DNA of 53,478 nucleotides from Ignavibacteriales bacterium. GTDB lineage: Bacteria; Bacteroidota; Ignavibacteria; UBA10030. Each line of letters starts with the position of its first letter. Position 1 is the first letter of the stretch. This document shows positions 9,742-18,524 of the stretch, in pieces. A program made the position numbers and the translations under genes. The stretch covers positions 1 to 53,478 of the forward strand of contig JANOGR010000043.1 in assembly GCA_031406095.1 (NCBI GenBank), read 5' to 3'. The notes under the pieces were generated by a model that saw only the letters and a program-made list of their open reading frames with translations, ran no database searches and had not been told where the DNA came from.

Positions 9742-10197
9742 ATGTTGCGATCTCAGTCGATAGTGACTTTGATTGTTCTGATCGGTGCTGTTGGATGCGA
9801 CAGGGGCGTCCCGACGTCCCCGCGTCCGTTCTTGTTCGAACGAATGGGCGGCCAGGCAGCCATTACCGCGAGTGTCGATTCGTTCTATACGTTATTAAAA
9901 GAGGACGGCGCGATGTGGCGCGCCTTCAAATCGGTGTTCGAGGATAAATCCGGGCAGCGTGCCACCAGGTTCAAAGCGATGATGGCCTCGATGATGTGCC
10001 GGGTGGGGGGCGGAGACTGCTCGTACGAGGGCCTGTCGATGTCCGACGCCCACGCGGATATGGATGTATCGGGGCTTGAATTTGATGCAATGATCGAACA
10101 TCTCGACCATGCCTTGCATGTGAACAATGTCGGCGCGGAAGAACGCAAAGATATGGTTGCAATCTTCAACCAGATGAAGCACCAGATTGTGCGGTGA
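9742..10197 (+). CDS. group I truncated hemoglobin with lipoprotein signal peptide
   Basis: 151 aa. Lipobox LIGAVGC at residues 13-19. Gly-Gly motif (ERMGGQAAI), Tyr B10 (VDSFYTLL) and a proximal-His region (MSDAHADMDVSGLEFDAM) align by eye with trHbN. AAGGAG RBS upstream. Confidence 0.75.
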   Translation: MLRSQSIVTLIVLIGAVGCDRGVPTSPRPFLFERMGGQAAITASVDSFYTLLKEDGAMWRAFKSVFEDKSGQRATRFKAMMASMMCRVGGGDCSYEGLSMSDAHADMDVSGLEFDAMIEHLDHALHVNNVGAEERKDMVAIFNQMKHQIVR

Positions 10198-10332
10198 ACG
10201 ATGCCACTGCGGATACAACATTCTACTCCGCAGTCTAGCGGATTCAGTTAACTACTTAACTACCAACGAAGGTAAGATGCGCGCTTATCGCCTGCTCAAG
10301 CCAAGAAAAAGTAAATTAGCGAGATTTTAACC

Positions 10333-11346
10333 ATGCAAAACGAAAAAACTCTCATAGGCTACTCAAGCTCCACTGAGGCCGGGTCATTCAAACGCCTTCG
10401 GCGTCTCCGCATGACCGAAGCATTCCGCTCCATGGTCCGTGAGACGGAGCTCTCGACAAAAGACTTTATTTATCCTCTTTTTGTCGTGCCGGGGTCACGA
10501 GTGCGCAAAGAAGTCAAATCGATGCCGGGCGTATTCCAGCTCTCGGTGGATGAAATCCTGCGGGAATGCGTCGATGTGAAAACTCTGGGAATTCCATCTG
10601 TCATCCTCTTTGGCATTCCAGAACGCAAGGATGAAGTCGGCAGCGAAGCGTATGACGAAAACGGCATCGTCCAAACAGCGATTCGAGGCATCAAAAAAGA
10701 AGTGCCGGAGCTCGTGGTCATCACAGATGTATGCCTCTGCGAATACACGTCCCACGGCCATTGCGGCATTGTGCGAGACAACGAAATTGTGAACGATGAG
10801 TCGATCGAACTTCTCACAAAAGAAGCGCTCACTCATGCGCACGCCGGAGCCGACATGGTTGCGCCGTCGGATATGTTTGACGGACGAGTACAAGCAATCC
10901 GGCGCGTGCTCGACCAGAACGGATTTCACAACATCCCCATCATGTCCTACGCCGCGAAATACGCCTCAGGATTTTACGGTCCGTTCCGTGATGCCGCAGA
11001 AAGCACGCCGAAATTCGGCGACCGTCGGTCGCATCAAATGGATCCGGCAAACTCTGACGAAGCTCTGAGAGAAGTTGAACAAGATATCCTCGAAGGCGCA
11101 GATATCGTTATGGTGAAGCCTGCCCTAGCGTATCTCGATGTTATTCGGCGCGTCAAAGACCGTTTCGCCATGCCGACAGCGGCATACAACGTCAGCGGGG
11201 AATATTCCATGATCAAAGCCGCCGGCCGCAACGGGTGGATCGATGAACAGCGCGTGATGATGGAGGTTTTGACGAGCATCAAGCGTGCGGGAGCGGATTT
11301 GATTCTCACATATTTCGCAAAAGACGCTGCGAAATTGCTGAGATAG
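10333..11346 (+). CDS. hemB: porphobilinogen synthase (ALA dehydratase)
   Basis: 337 aa. Contains the Zn-type Cys cluster [14 protein letters not shown] and the Schiff-base Lys region [12 protein letters not shown]. Confidence 0.95.
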   Translation: MQNEKTLIGYSSSTEAGSFKRLRRLRMTEAFRSMVRETELSTKDFIYPLFVVPGSRVRKEVKSMPGVFQLSVDEILRECVDVKTLGIPSVILFGIPERKDEVGSEAYDENGIVQTAIRGIKKEVPELVVITDVCLCEYTSHGHCGIVRDNEIVNDESIELLTKEALTHAHAGADMVAPSDMFDGRVQAIRRVLDQNGFHNIPIMSYAAKYASGFYGPFRDAAESTPKFGDRRSHQMDPANSDEALREVEQDILEGADIVMVKPALAYLDVIRRVKDRFAMPTAAYNVSGEYSMIKAAGRNGWIDEQRVMMEVLTSIKRAGADLILTYFAKDAAKLLR

Positions 11347-11436
11347 AGGAGCCCAACTACTCCTTCGGCTGACATGGTCAACACCGTGCCGGAAAACCGA
11401 CCTTAAGATTTTTGCCTAACCTGTTTTAACATCGCG

Positions 11437-12732
11437 ATGAAAACTGACAAATCTGAAGAACTCTTCCGTAAAGCGCAGCAGCTCATTCCGGGCGGCGTGA
11501 ACTCACCCGTCCGCGCGTTCAAGTCGGTTGGGCGCTCGCCATTGTTCATCTCACGAGCCAGAGGTTCGAAGATCTGGGACGTCGATGGAAATGAATACAT
11601 TGACTATGTTGGGTCGTGGGGACCGATGATTCTTGGCCACGCCCATCTTCAAGTCCTTGAAGCCATTAAAAAAGCGGCACAGGACGGAACCAGCTTTGGC
11701 GCGGCAACTGAACGAGAAATCGAGATGGCGGATCTCATTTGCAGTATCATGCCTTCCATCGAGATGGTTCGCATGGTGAATTCCGGCACGGAGGCGACCA
11801 TGAGCGCCCTTCGCTTGGCTCGGGCCTTTACGGGCAAGGACAAGGTCATCAAATTTGAAGGTTGTTATCACGGTCATGCTGATTCTTTTCTCATCAAAGC
11901 CGGCTCGGGCGCCACGACACTTGGAATTCCCGATAGTCCGGGCGTACCGCAATCAATCGCTAAGGATACTCTCACCGCGCAGTTTAACAGCCTAGAGTCC
12001 GTTCAAAAGCTCATCGACGAGCATCCAAATCAGATCGCTGCGCTGATTGTCGAGCCCGTCGTCGGCAATATGGGATGCGTGCCTCCCGAGAAGGGATTCT
12101 TGCAAGGATTGCGCAATCTATGCAGCAAGCATTTCATCGTGTTTATTGTGGATGAAGTGATGACTGGTTTTCGTGTTTCCATCGGCGGTGCGCAGCAACT
12201 CTACGGCATAAAACCTGATTTGACAACGCTCGGAAAAATAATCGGCGGCGGTTTGCCGGTTGGAGCCTATGGCGGGAAAAGGGAAATCATGGCACTGGTC
12301 GCTCCTGAAGGCCCTATGTATCAAGCAGGAACCCTGTCGGGAAATCCTTTGGCGATGGCTGCTGGAATTGAAACGCTCACAATTCTTCAGAACGATCCTT
12401 CACTCTATCAGCAGCTGGAAAACCGTTCGGCAACATTGGAGAAAGAACTTCAAACCATCATCAATAAGCTTTCACTGCCGCTTACACAGAATAGAGTAGG
12501 TTCCATGTTTACTCTCTTCTTTACAAGAGAAAAAGTTGCCGACTATGCAACTGCGTTGAAATCGGACACCAAGAAATTCGCCGCATACTTTAAGGAAATG
12601 CTGGACAGAGGCATTTATTTTGCTCCTTCGCAGTTCGAATCAGCTTTCCTGTCAGCAGCCCACACAGATGAGGACATCGAACGGACAGCGAAAGCAGTTC
12701 AACCCTCACTCGAACGCGCATTTTCCGCCTGA
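11437..12732 (+). CDS. hemL: glutamate-1-semialdehyde 2,1-aminomutase
   Basis: 431 aa. Contains [12 protein letters not shown] and the PLP Lys in [14 protein letters not shown]. Confidence 0.95.
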   Translation: MKTDKSEELFRKAQQLIPGGVNSPVRAFKSVGRSPLFISRARGSKIWDVDGNEYIDYVGSWGPMILGHAHLQVLEAIKKAAQDGTSFGAATEREIEMADLICSIMPSIEMVRMVNSGTEATMSALRLARAFTGKDKVIKFEGCYHGHADSFLIKAGSGATTLGIPDSPGVPQSIAKDTLTAQFNSLESVQKLIDEHPNQIAALIVEPVVGNMGCVPPEKGFLQGLRNLCSKHFIVFIVDEVMTGFRVSIGGAQQLYGIKPDLTTLGKIIGGGLPVGAYGGKREIMALVAPEGPMYQAGTLSGNPLAMAAGIETLTILQNDPSLYQQLENRSATLEKELQTIINKLSLPLTQNRVGSMFTLFFTREKVADYATALKSDTKKFAAYFKEMLDRGIYFAPSQFESAFLSAAHTDEDIERTAKAVQPSLERAFSA

Positions 12733-12785
12733 GATCGGTCTTGGAACTCCCTTTTAGTGAATTAGAAAATCATATTATATTTTCA

Positions 12786-13913
12786 TCAACTACCATGTCT
12801 TGCAGATCTAATTTTCTTGTTATTGTTAGCAGTATAACCGCCTATTAAAATATTATCTCCAAACGTTTTTTTAAATACTTTAGTAAGCCGTAAGGCTCGG
12901 CTTAAAATAGGTGCACCTTCTCCTCCAACAGCACTGACCGCAGTTTTTCCCCCGATGAGGATCGGCGCATAGAACGCGTATACTTTATCAACTAGTCCTG
13001 CATCAACAAGACTTCCCAACACGGTGCCCCCACCCTCTACGAAGATGCTGATAATCTCCCTGCGGGCTAGTTCTTTCATAACTGTCCGTAGTGAAATAAA
13101 ATCACGGGGAGACACAACCAGTGAAATACCTTTCCTGATGAGCTGCTGACGTTTCGTTGGGTTGCCCCGACGAGTGGTGAAAATTAACGCATTTTTATCT
13201 CGCAAGACCTGGCTTGTCATGGGTAGTCGCAGAGTGCTATCTAAGACAATCCGAAGTGGATCCGGTTTGCCGGGTGCTCGCACACCGAGATGAGGGTTGT
13301 CACGAAGGATCGTGTTAATACCGACGAGAACCGCTTGATATTGCCTCCGCAAATTTCGCGCAAAGTTTCGAGCTTGTTCGTTCGTTATCCATTGCGAATC
13401 ATGTGAGGAGGTGGCTATTTTTCCGTCTAAACTTGCAGCAAATTTTATGGCAATGAATGGACGGTGTTGATGATGAAAGGCAAAGAAAGCTTCATTCAAT
13501 GATTCGGCTTCCTCGACTAACCCGCCTACCGAAACGCTGACTCCTGCTTGGCGTAGTCGCTTTATCGCTCTACTGCAAACTTTAGGATTTGGATCGGGCG
13601 TGCAGCACACAACTCTGGTTATGCCAGCTTTCACGATTGCGTCAACACACGGGGGAGTTCTACCGTAGTGACTACACGGTTCTAAATTCACATATAAGGT
13701 TGCGCCCCTTGCTGATCCAACTGTAGCACGCAATGCCTCAATTTCTGCATGGGGTAGTCCGGCTCTGTGGTGATACCCTTGACCTATCACCTTGTCGCGC
13801 TTCACGACTAGAGCTCCTACCATAGGATTTGGAAAAGTCCACCCCAAACCTTTTTTAGCAAGTCTCAGTGCGGTTTTTAAGAATACAATATCTTGCGGCG
13901 TAACACGGTTCAC
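12786..13913 (-). CDS. ribD: bifunctional riboflavin biosynthesis deaminase/reductase
   Basis: 375 aa. Contains the deaminase motifs HAEIEAL and LEPCSHYGRTPPC, plus a C-terminal reductase domain. Confidence 0.92.
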   Translation of the reverse strand: MNRVTPQDIVFLKTALRLAKKGLGWTFPNPMVGALVVKRDKVIGQGYHHRAGLPHAEIEALRATVGSARGATLYVNLEPCSHYGRTPPCVDAIVKAGITRVVCCTPDPNPKVCSRAIKRLRQAGVSVSVGGLVEEAESLNEAFFAFHHQHRPFIAIKFAASLDGKIATSSHDSQWITNEQARNFARNLRRQYQAVLVGINTILRDNPHLGVRAPGKPDPLRIVLDSTLRLPMTSQVLRDKNALIFTTRRGNPTKRQQLIRKGISLVVSPRDFISLRTVMKELARREIISIFVEGGGTVLGSLVDAGLVDKVYAFYAPILIGGKTAVSAVGGEGAPILSRALRLTKVFKKTFGDNILIGGYTANNNKKIRSARHGS

Positions 13914-13919
13914 AGAAGG

Positions 13920-15143
13920 TTACACCAGGCTCAGTTGATGGCCAAGCTTCCTTTTTTTTGCGGACAAATATTGACGGTTTGTCGGCGTTGGCGTCGTTTC
14001 CAGCGGCAAGCGTTTCACTACGTGAATACCATGCATTTGTAAAGCATTGACCTTATCCGGGTTGTTCGTCAGCAGCGAAATATCTTGAATTCCTAAATCA
14101 TGCAATATGTCGGCGGCTATACTGTAATTACGTTCATCGGCAGCAAAGCCTAAGGCGCGGTTTGCTTCCACGGTATCCAGTCCACGTTTTTGCTGCGAGT
14201 AGGCTTTGATTTTATTCGTCAAACCAATTCCCCGTCCCTCCTGGTCTAAATACAGAAGCACACCCCCGCCCGCCTCCTGAATAAGCTGAAAACTCATCCG
14301 TAGCTGTTCTCCGCAGTCGCAAGTAAGCGAGCCAAATGTATCTCCGGTTAAACACTGTGAATGAACACGGGCAAGCATGGGCGATGTTTTATCTCCAAGA
14401 AGTAATGCAGTATGCTCTTGGTTATCAATTGATGATCGGTATACAAACACCTTAAACGTGCCATGCGCAGTTGGCAAGGGCGCGGTAGCTGTTCTAACAA
14501 TGGATGGGGACTTCATAAGAGAAATTGGATGTGCCTTTGCATAACCGACAAGATCAGTTATAGACAGCAGTCGAATCCTAAACTTTTTTGCAACTTTTAT
14601 TAAATTAGGAAGCCTGGCCATGTGGCCATTGTCTTTTAAAATTTCGCACAACACACCGGCAGAATTCAAACCAGCCAACTTGGCAAGCGTAACCGCCGCC
14701 TCCGTGTGGCCTTGCCTGGCTGTTAGGCCGCCTTCATGAGCAATGAGGGGAAATATATGACCAGGCCTCGTAATATCGTCCGGTTTGGAATGACGGTCGG
14801 CCAATATTTGTATTGTCGTGGCCCGATCAAAAGCAGAAATGCCGGAAGTAATACCATGTTTAGCGTTCACGGAAACGGCAAAATTCACTTTTGTGTTCTC
14901 GGTGTTTTCATGAGAAGGAACCATGAGTGACAAGGCGAGGCGCGAGGCTTGCCCCCTTTCCAGAGCAACGCAAACCAAACCTCTGCCGTGCTTAATCATA
15001 AAATTTACCTTTTCTGGAGTAATTCTTTCAGCTGGAATGAAAAAATCACCCTCATTTTCACGGTGGGGGTCATCAACAAGGATAACAAACTTGCCCTGCC
15101 GTATATCTTTAAGCACTGATGCAACGGAAGAGAACGGTTTCAT
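13920..15143 (-). CDS. ribBA: bifunctional DHBP synthase / GTP cyclohydrolase II
   Basis: 407 aa. Contains RENEGDF (RibB) and HSQCLTGDTFGSLTCDCG (RibA). Confidence 0.93.
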   Translation of the reverse strand: MKPFSSVASVLKDIRQGKFVILVDDPHRENEGDFFIPAERITPEKVNFMIKHGRGLVCVALERGQASRLALSLMVPSHENTENTKVNFAVSVNAKHGITSGISAFDRATTIQILADRHSKPDDITRPGHIFPLIAHEGGLTARQGHTEAAVTLAKLAGLNSAGVLCEILKDNGHMARLPNLIKVAKKFRIRLLSITDLVGYAKAHPISLMKSPSIVRTATAPLPTAHGTFKVFVYRSSIDNQEHTALLLGDKTSPMLARVHSQCLTGDTFGSLTCDCGEQLRMSFQLIQEAGGGVLLYLDQEGRGIGLTNKIKAYSQQKRGLDTVEANRALGFAADERNYSIAADILHDLGIQDISLLTNNPDKVNALQMHGIHVVKRLPLETTPTPTNRQYLSAKKRKLGHQLSLV

Positions 15144-15586
15144 AGTTTTGCCAGAAGTTTAATCATAGAAAGCGCGGTGAGCGCTGCTTCAACGCCCTTG
15201 TTTTCTATTTTTCTGGTCGCCCGGTCGATAGCATCTTGAGGATCATAAACCGACAGCACTTCAAAAATTACGGGGATTTCATACTGCAAAGATACCTCCA
15301 TGCAACCCCGCGCACATTCGTTAGCGATCTGTTCAAAGTGATAGGTTTTGCCTTTGTAAATCGCCCCAAAGGTTATAATAGCATCATAGGTATTCTTCTT
15401 TGCCAATTTCTTGACTGCCAACGGTATCTCGAGTGACCCTGGTACACGCACTATGTTGATCTGGTGTTTTTGCACGCTTTTTTTCTGTAGCGTTGCTAAA
15501 CAATTCTTTTCTAAATTTTTGGATATCTCGGGCCGGAATGAACTGCTCACAATAGCAATGCGAATATCTTTAACGTTTTTCATCAT
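15140..15586 (-). CDS. ribH: 6,7-dimethyl-8-ribityllumazine synthase
   Basis: 148 aa. Contains VPGSLEIPLAVKKLA and HFEQIANE motifs. 4-nt overlap with ribBA. Confidence 0.9.
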   Translation of the reverse strand: MMKNVKDIRIAIVSSSFRPEISKNLEKNCLATLQKKSVQKHQINIVRVPGSLEIPLAVKKLAKKNTYDAIITFGAIYKGKTYHFEQIANECARGCMEVSLQYEIPVIFEVLSVYDPQDAIDRATRKIENKGVEAALTALSMIKLLAKL

Positions 15587-16178
15587 ATTGAGCTATAAAT
15601 GGTCGAACGAATTTATGAATATACTTAGCTAATATGTCGACCTCTATATTTACCGCATCACCCACCCTGGCGTATTTAAACATTGTGTGCTTCCAGGTAT
15701 ACGGGATGATCCCCACGGTAAAACTGCCATCGGTCACCTCAATCAATGTCAAAGAAATTCCATTGATTGCTACAGATCCTTTTTCAATCATATATTTCAA
15801 GAGTTTTTTAGGAGCAGTAAAATCGAAAATATGACTATTTCCAGCCCGCTTTATACTCTTGATAGATGCCGTTCCATCAATATGCCCTTGCACGATATGT
15901 CCGGCAAGACGGCCGTCGGCTTTCAAAGGCAGTTCCAAATTAACCAGGCTGTCTAATTTGAGACTTCCCAGCATGGTTCTTCGCAGTGTCTCCGGTATTA
16001 TATCAACTACAAATACTGCTTCGGTGGGAATTTTGCTAACGGTGAGACAAACACCATTGACCGCAATACTTGCGCCCAATACGAGTTGCCGCACGAGCCT
16101 CGCTTCGGCTTTTATCCGTAAGTGGGAAGCAGTTTTTTTCTGGATAAAGCCTTGATATTCAATAATGCCCGTAAACAT
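15570..16178 (-). CDS. ribE: riboflavin synthase alpha chain
   Basis: MFTGIIEYQG is the canonical N-terminus (ATG at 16178). The 12-codon TTG extension in the track would run through the riboswitch terminator hairpin. Confidence 0.9.
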   Translation of the reverse strand: MFTGIIEYQGFIQKKTASHLRIKAEARLVRQLVLGASIAVNGVCLTVSKIPTEAVFVVDIIPETLRRTMLGSLKLDSLVNLELPLKADGRLAGHIVQGHIDGTASIKSIKRAGNSHIFDFTAPKKLLKYMIEKGSVAINGISLTLIEVTDGSFTVGIIPYTWKHTMFKYARVGDAVNIEVDILAKYIHKFVRPFIAQYDEKR

Positions 16179-16202
16179 AAAAACCCCGTACTTCGGGGTT
16201 TT
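16179..16202 (-). terminator. FMN-riboswitch expression-platform hairpin (terminator / SD sequestor)
   Basis: The minus strand reads AAAACCCCG-AAGTA-CGGGGTTTTT followed directly by the ribE ATG. Confidence 0.7.
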
Positions 16203-16220
16203 GGTAATTACCAAGAATCA

Positions 16221-16350
16221 ATCCTTCTTTCATCCCGACTATACGGTCGGCTCTGGACTTGCACCAGATCATGTCCATAAAGGACTCGTGGGCTATACCA
16301 CCGATTGGGAGTAGTCCGCCTAAGGCGGATATCACCCGACCCCGAAGGAT
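16221..16350 (-). promoter_or_regulatory. FMN riboswitch (RFN element)
   Basis: The minus strand reads ATCCTTCGGGGTCGGGTGATATCC...CCCAATCGGTGGTATAGCCCACGAG...GATCTGGTGCAAGTCCAGAGCCGACCGTATAGTCGGGATGAAAGAAGGAT. This matches the conserved RFN core blocks, with closing P1 pairing (TCCTTC/GAAGGA). It lies directly upstream of the rib operon. Confidence 0.85.
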
Positions 16351-16356
16351 GTTCGT

Positions 16357-16385
16357 ATAATAGTTGAAGTGTGGACTAAAATCAA
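16357..16385 (-). promoter_or_regulatory. sigma70-like promoter of the rib operon
   Basis: The minus strand has TTGATT (16385-16380), a 17-nt spacer, then TATTAT (16362-16357). This places the transcription start just before the riboswitch. Confidence 0.5.
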
Positions 16386-16440
16386 ATTGAAGTCGCGCTT
16401 TTCGAAAAAACTGGACATCCTGTTATACGAATTCTGATCA

Positions 16441-16518
16441 TCCGCCGCCCACACCGATGAGGGCATCGAGCGGACAGCGAAAGCCACACAACCCTCACTC
16501 GAACGCGCCTTTTCCGCC
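16441..16518 (+). pseudogene. relic copy of the hemL 3' end
   Basis: 16447-16518 aligns by hand to hemL 12658-12729 with 64/72 nt identical. The peptides are [24 protein letters not shown] versus [24 protein letters not shown]. The copy has no start codon and no hemL body upstream. Confidence 0.8.
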
Positions 16519-16637
16519 AAGAGTTCACATTTCTAAAATTTGAGAAAAGAGTCTGATTTTTTCGCAGTTTTGAAAGACCGAGTCGCCCGGTTCGTTATCA
16601 CCCACTGAAGATTCTTTCGATTTTCCATGTTTCTGGC

Positions 16638-16652
16638 TGGCACGCGGATTGC
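16638..16652 (+). promoter_or_regulatory. candidate sigma54 (-24/-12) promoter upstream of hemN
   Basis: TGGCAC-GCGGA-TTGC is an exact match to TGGCAC-N5-TTGC. The GC of the -12 element is 19 nt before the hemN ATG. Confidence 0.45.
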
Positions 16653-16670
16653 GTTCAGATTACCACCATA

Positions 16671-18059
16671 ATGGCTATCCTCGCAATGTCCGTCGACATA
16701 GACCTGTTGAGACGGTTTGATAAACCGGGACCCCGGTATACAAGCTATCCGACGGCTCCCATGTTCTCACCTGCTTACACCGACAAGCAGTTTGAAATCG
16801 ACCTCATCAGAAACAATGATGCAAACACATCGCCTGTCTCGCTTTATGTTCACCTCCCGTTTTGCGATACACTTTGCTACTTCTGCGGCTGCACAACGGT
16901 GATAACGTCAAAACGTGATCATGTTTCATCGTACCTCTCGATGCTGAAAAAGGAAATTGCCCGTACATCCTCCTCCATCAACCGCGAACGCCCGGTGGCG
17001 CAAATACACTGGGGCGGCGGAACACCCTCGTATCTTACTCCTGGCGAAATCGAAGATTTGGCATCGTTTATCAGGGAATGCTTTCGCATCGCTCCTGACG
17101 CAGAGTTCAGCGTCGAAATCGACCCGCGGGGATTAACGTACGATCACATGCAGGCGTTTCGGCAAGGGGGTGCTAATCGTATAAGCCTCGGCGTGCAGGA
17201 TTTCAGCGAACGCGTTCAAAAGGCCGTTCACAGAGTTCAACCAGACCAGTTGACTCTCCAGGCAATCCAATGGGCAAAAGATCTTGGGATGGGAAGTATA
17301 AATGTTGATCTGATTTACGGTCTGCCCTTGCAGACACTGGAATCATTCCAGGAAACGCTGGATAAAGTCGTTAAGATTTCGCCGGATCGAATCGCGGTGT
17401 TTAATTTTGCGTATGTACCAGGTATCAAACCGCATCAGAAATTGATTCATCCTGAAGATTTGCCGTCATCCAATGCGAAGCTTCAGATTCTCAAAACAAC
17501 GATCGAAACACTTACTACCTCGGGGTATCGTTACATCGGCATGGACCACTTTGCAAAACCAGAGGATGAGCTATCACTTGCGCAGGCCAACAAAACGCTT
17601 CACAGAAATTTTCAGGGGTATTCGACCCGGGCGGGCGCCGATTTGTTCGGCTTCGGCACGTCAGCGATCTCGCATTTCGGCGAAGTCTATGCGCAAAATG
17701 CGAAAACGCTTCTGGAGTATTTTGAGAGATTAGAAAATGGGAGGTTTGCTACGCATGTGGGATATCGCATGAACCTTGACGATGAAATCAGAAAGAGCGT
17801 AATCATGCAAATTATGTGCAACCTTGAAGTCATCAAAGAAAAAGTCGAGGAACACTTCGGGATACTCTTTGACGAGTATTTTCAGGACGCTCTGGAGCAG
17901 TTGGAGGAGTTCAGGCGTTTGGGGTTGGTACAACACACCGCTGAAAAAATCTCCGTAGTTGGCGCAGGCAGGCTCCTCCTCCGAAACATTGCGATCTGCT
18001 TTGATGCCTACCTTCCCAAACTTCAAACCGCTCAGCCGATTTTTTCGAGAACGGTCTAG
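16671..18059 (+). CDS. hemN: oxygen-independent coproporphyrinogen III oxidase (radical SAM)
   Basis: 462 aa. Contains PRYTSYPTAP and the CxxxCxxC cluster in LPFCDTLCYFCGC. Confidence 0.93.
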   Translation: MAILAMSVDIDLLRRFDKPGPRYTSYPTAPMFSPAYTDKQFEIDLIRNNDANTSPVSLYVHLPFCDTLCYFCGCTTVITSKRDHVSSYLSMLKKEIARTSSSINRERPVAQIHWGGGTPSYLTPGEIEDLASFIRECFRIAPDAEFSVEIDPRGLTYDHMQAFRQGGANRISLGVQDFSERVQKAVHRVQPDQLTLQAIQWAKDLGMGSINVDLIYGLPLQTLESFQETLDKVVKISPDRIAVFNFAYVPGIKPHQKLIHPEDLPSSNAKLQILKTTIETLTTSGYRYIGMDHFAKPEDELSLAQANKTLHRNFQGYSTRAGADLFGFGTSAISHFGEVYAQNAKTLLEYFERLENGRFATHVGYRMNLDDEIRKSVIMQIMCNLEVIKEKVEEHFGILFDEYFQDALEQLEEFRRLGLVQHTAEKISVVGAGRLLLRNIAICFDAYLPKLQTAQPIFSRTV

Positions 18060-18092
18060 CACACAATCCGAAGCGTAGAGTCTGCTACCTTG

Positions 18093-18401
18093 TTATTCTT
18101 TGCCTGTCGAATCTTGCTGCGATACAGCAATTAAGTATCGAACAATGTTTTCCGCCTCGAGCTTCCCAATCTTGGCCTTCATCCTCATTTCTGACATAAC
18201 CTCATCCCAATGCTGGGCAGAGTATGAGCCTGGTCCGTAGAGACTGTGGCAACTCGAGCAATTGTGAATGTACAACTCGCGTCCTCCGCTCAACTGACTC
18301 AATTCCGTGCCCGACAATCGCTTTGATGCCCATTCAACATGTTTCGCCGAAGGTAACGGAATGCTTCCCGCGCACGAAATGATGAAAGTCGCCAGGATCA
18401 A
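18093..18401 (-). CDS. small monoheme c-type-cytochrome-like lipoprotein
   Basis: 102 aa. Contains a single CxxCH (NCSSCH), a downstream Met-rich segment (VMSEMRM) and the lipobox-like IISCAG. The TTG start is uncertain. Confidence 0.55.
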   Translation of the reverse strand: MILATFIISCAGSIPLPSAKHVEWASKRLSGTELSQLSGGRELYIHNCSSCHSLYGPGSYSAQHWDEVMSEMRMKAKIGKLEAENIVRYLIAVSQQDSTGKE

Positions 18402-18524
18402 GAGTGAGAGGAAAACGGCCTTTTCTTATTTTGCGCAGTTATGAAATATTCAAGCTAAGGGGGCCTGATATTTTTTGGACTGGGCTGACTATGAAGTGAT
18501 CACAATGGTTTCGCAGTTGAGTTT

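Noticed and set aside
16179-16214. TTG-initiated 12-codon extension of ribE
   Set aside because: It would be translated through the riboswitch terminator hairpin. MFTGIIE at ATG 16178 is the universal RibE start.
16332-16520. 62-aa minus-strand ORF
   Set aside because: It overlaps the FMN riboswitch 5' end and the rib promoter, and is antisense to the hemL relic. It has no motifs.
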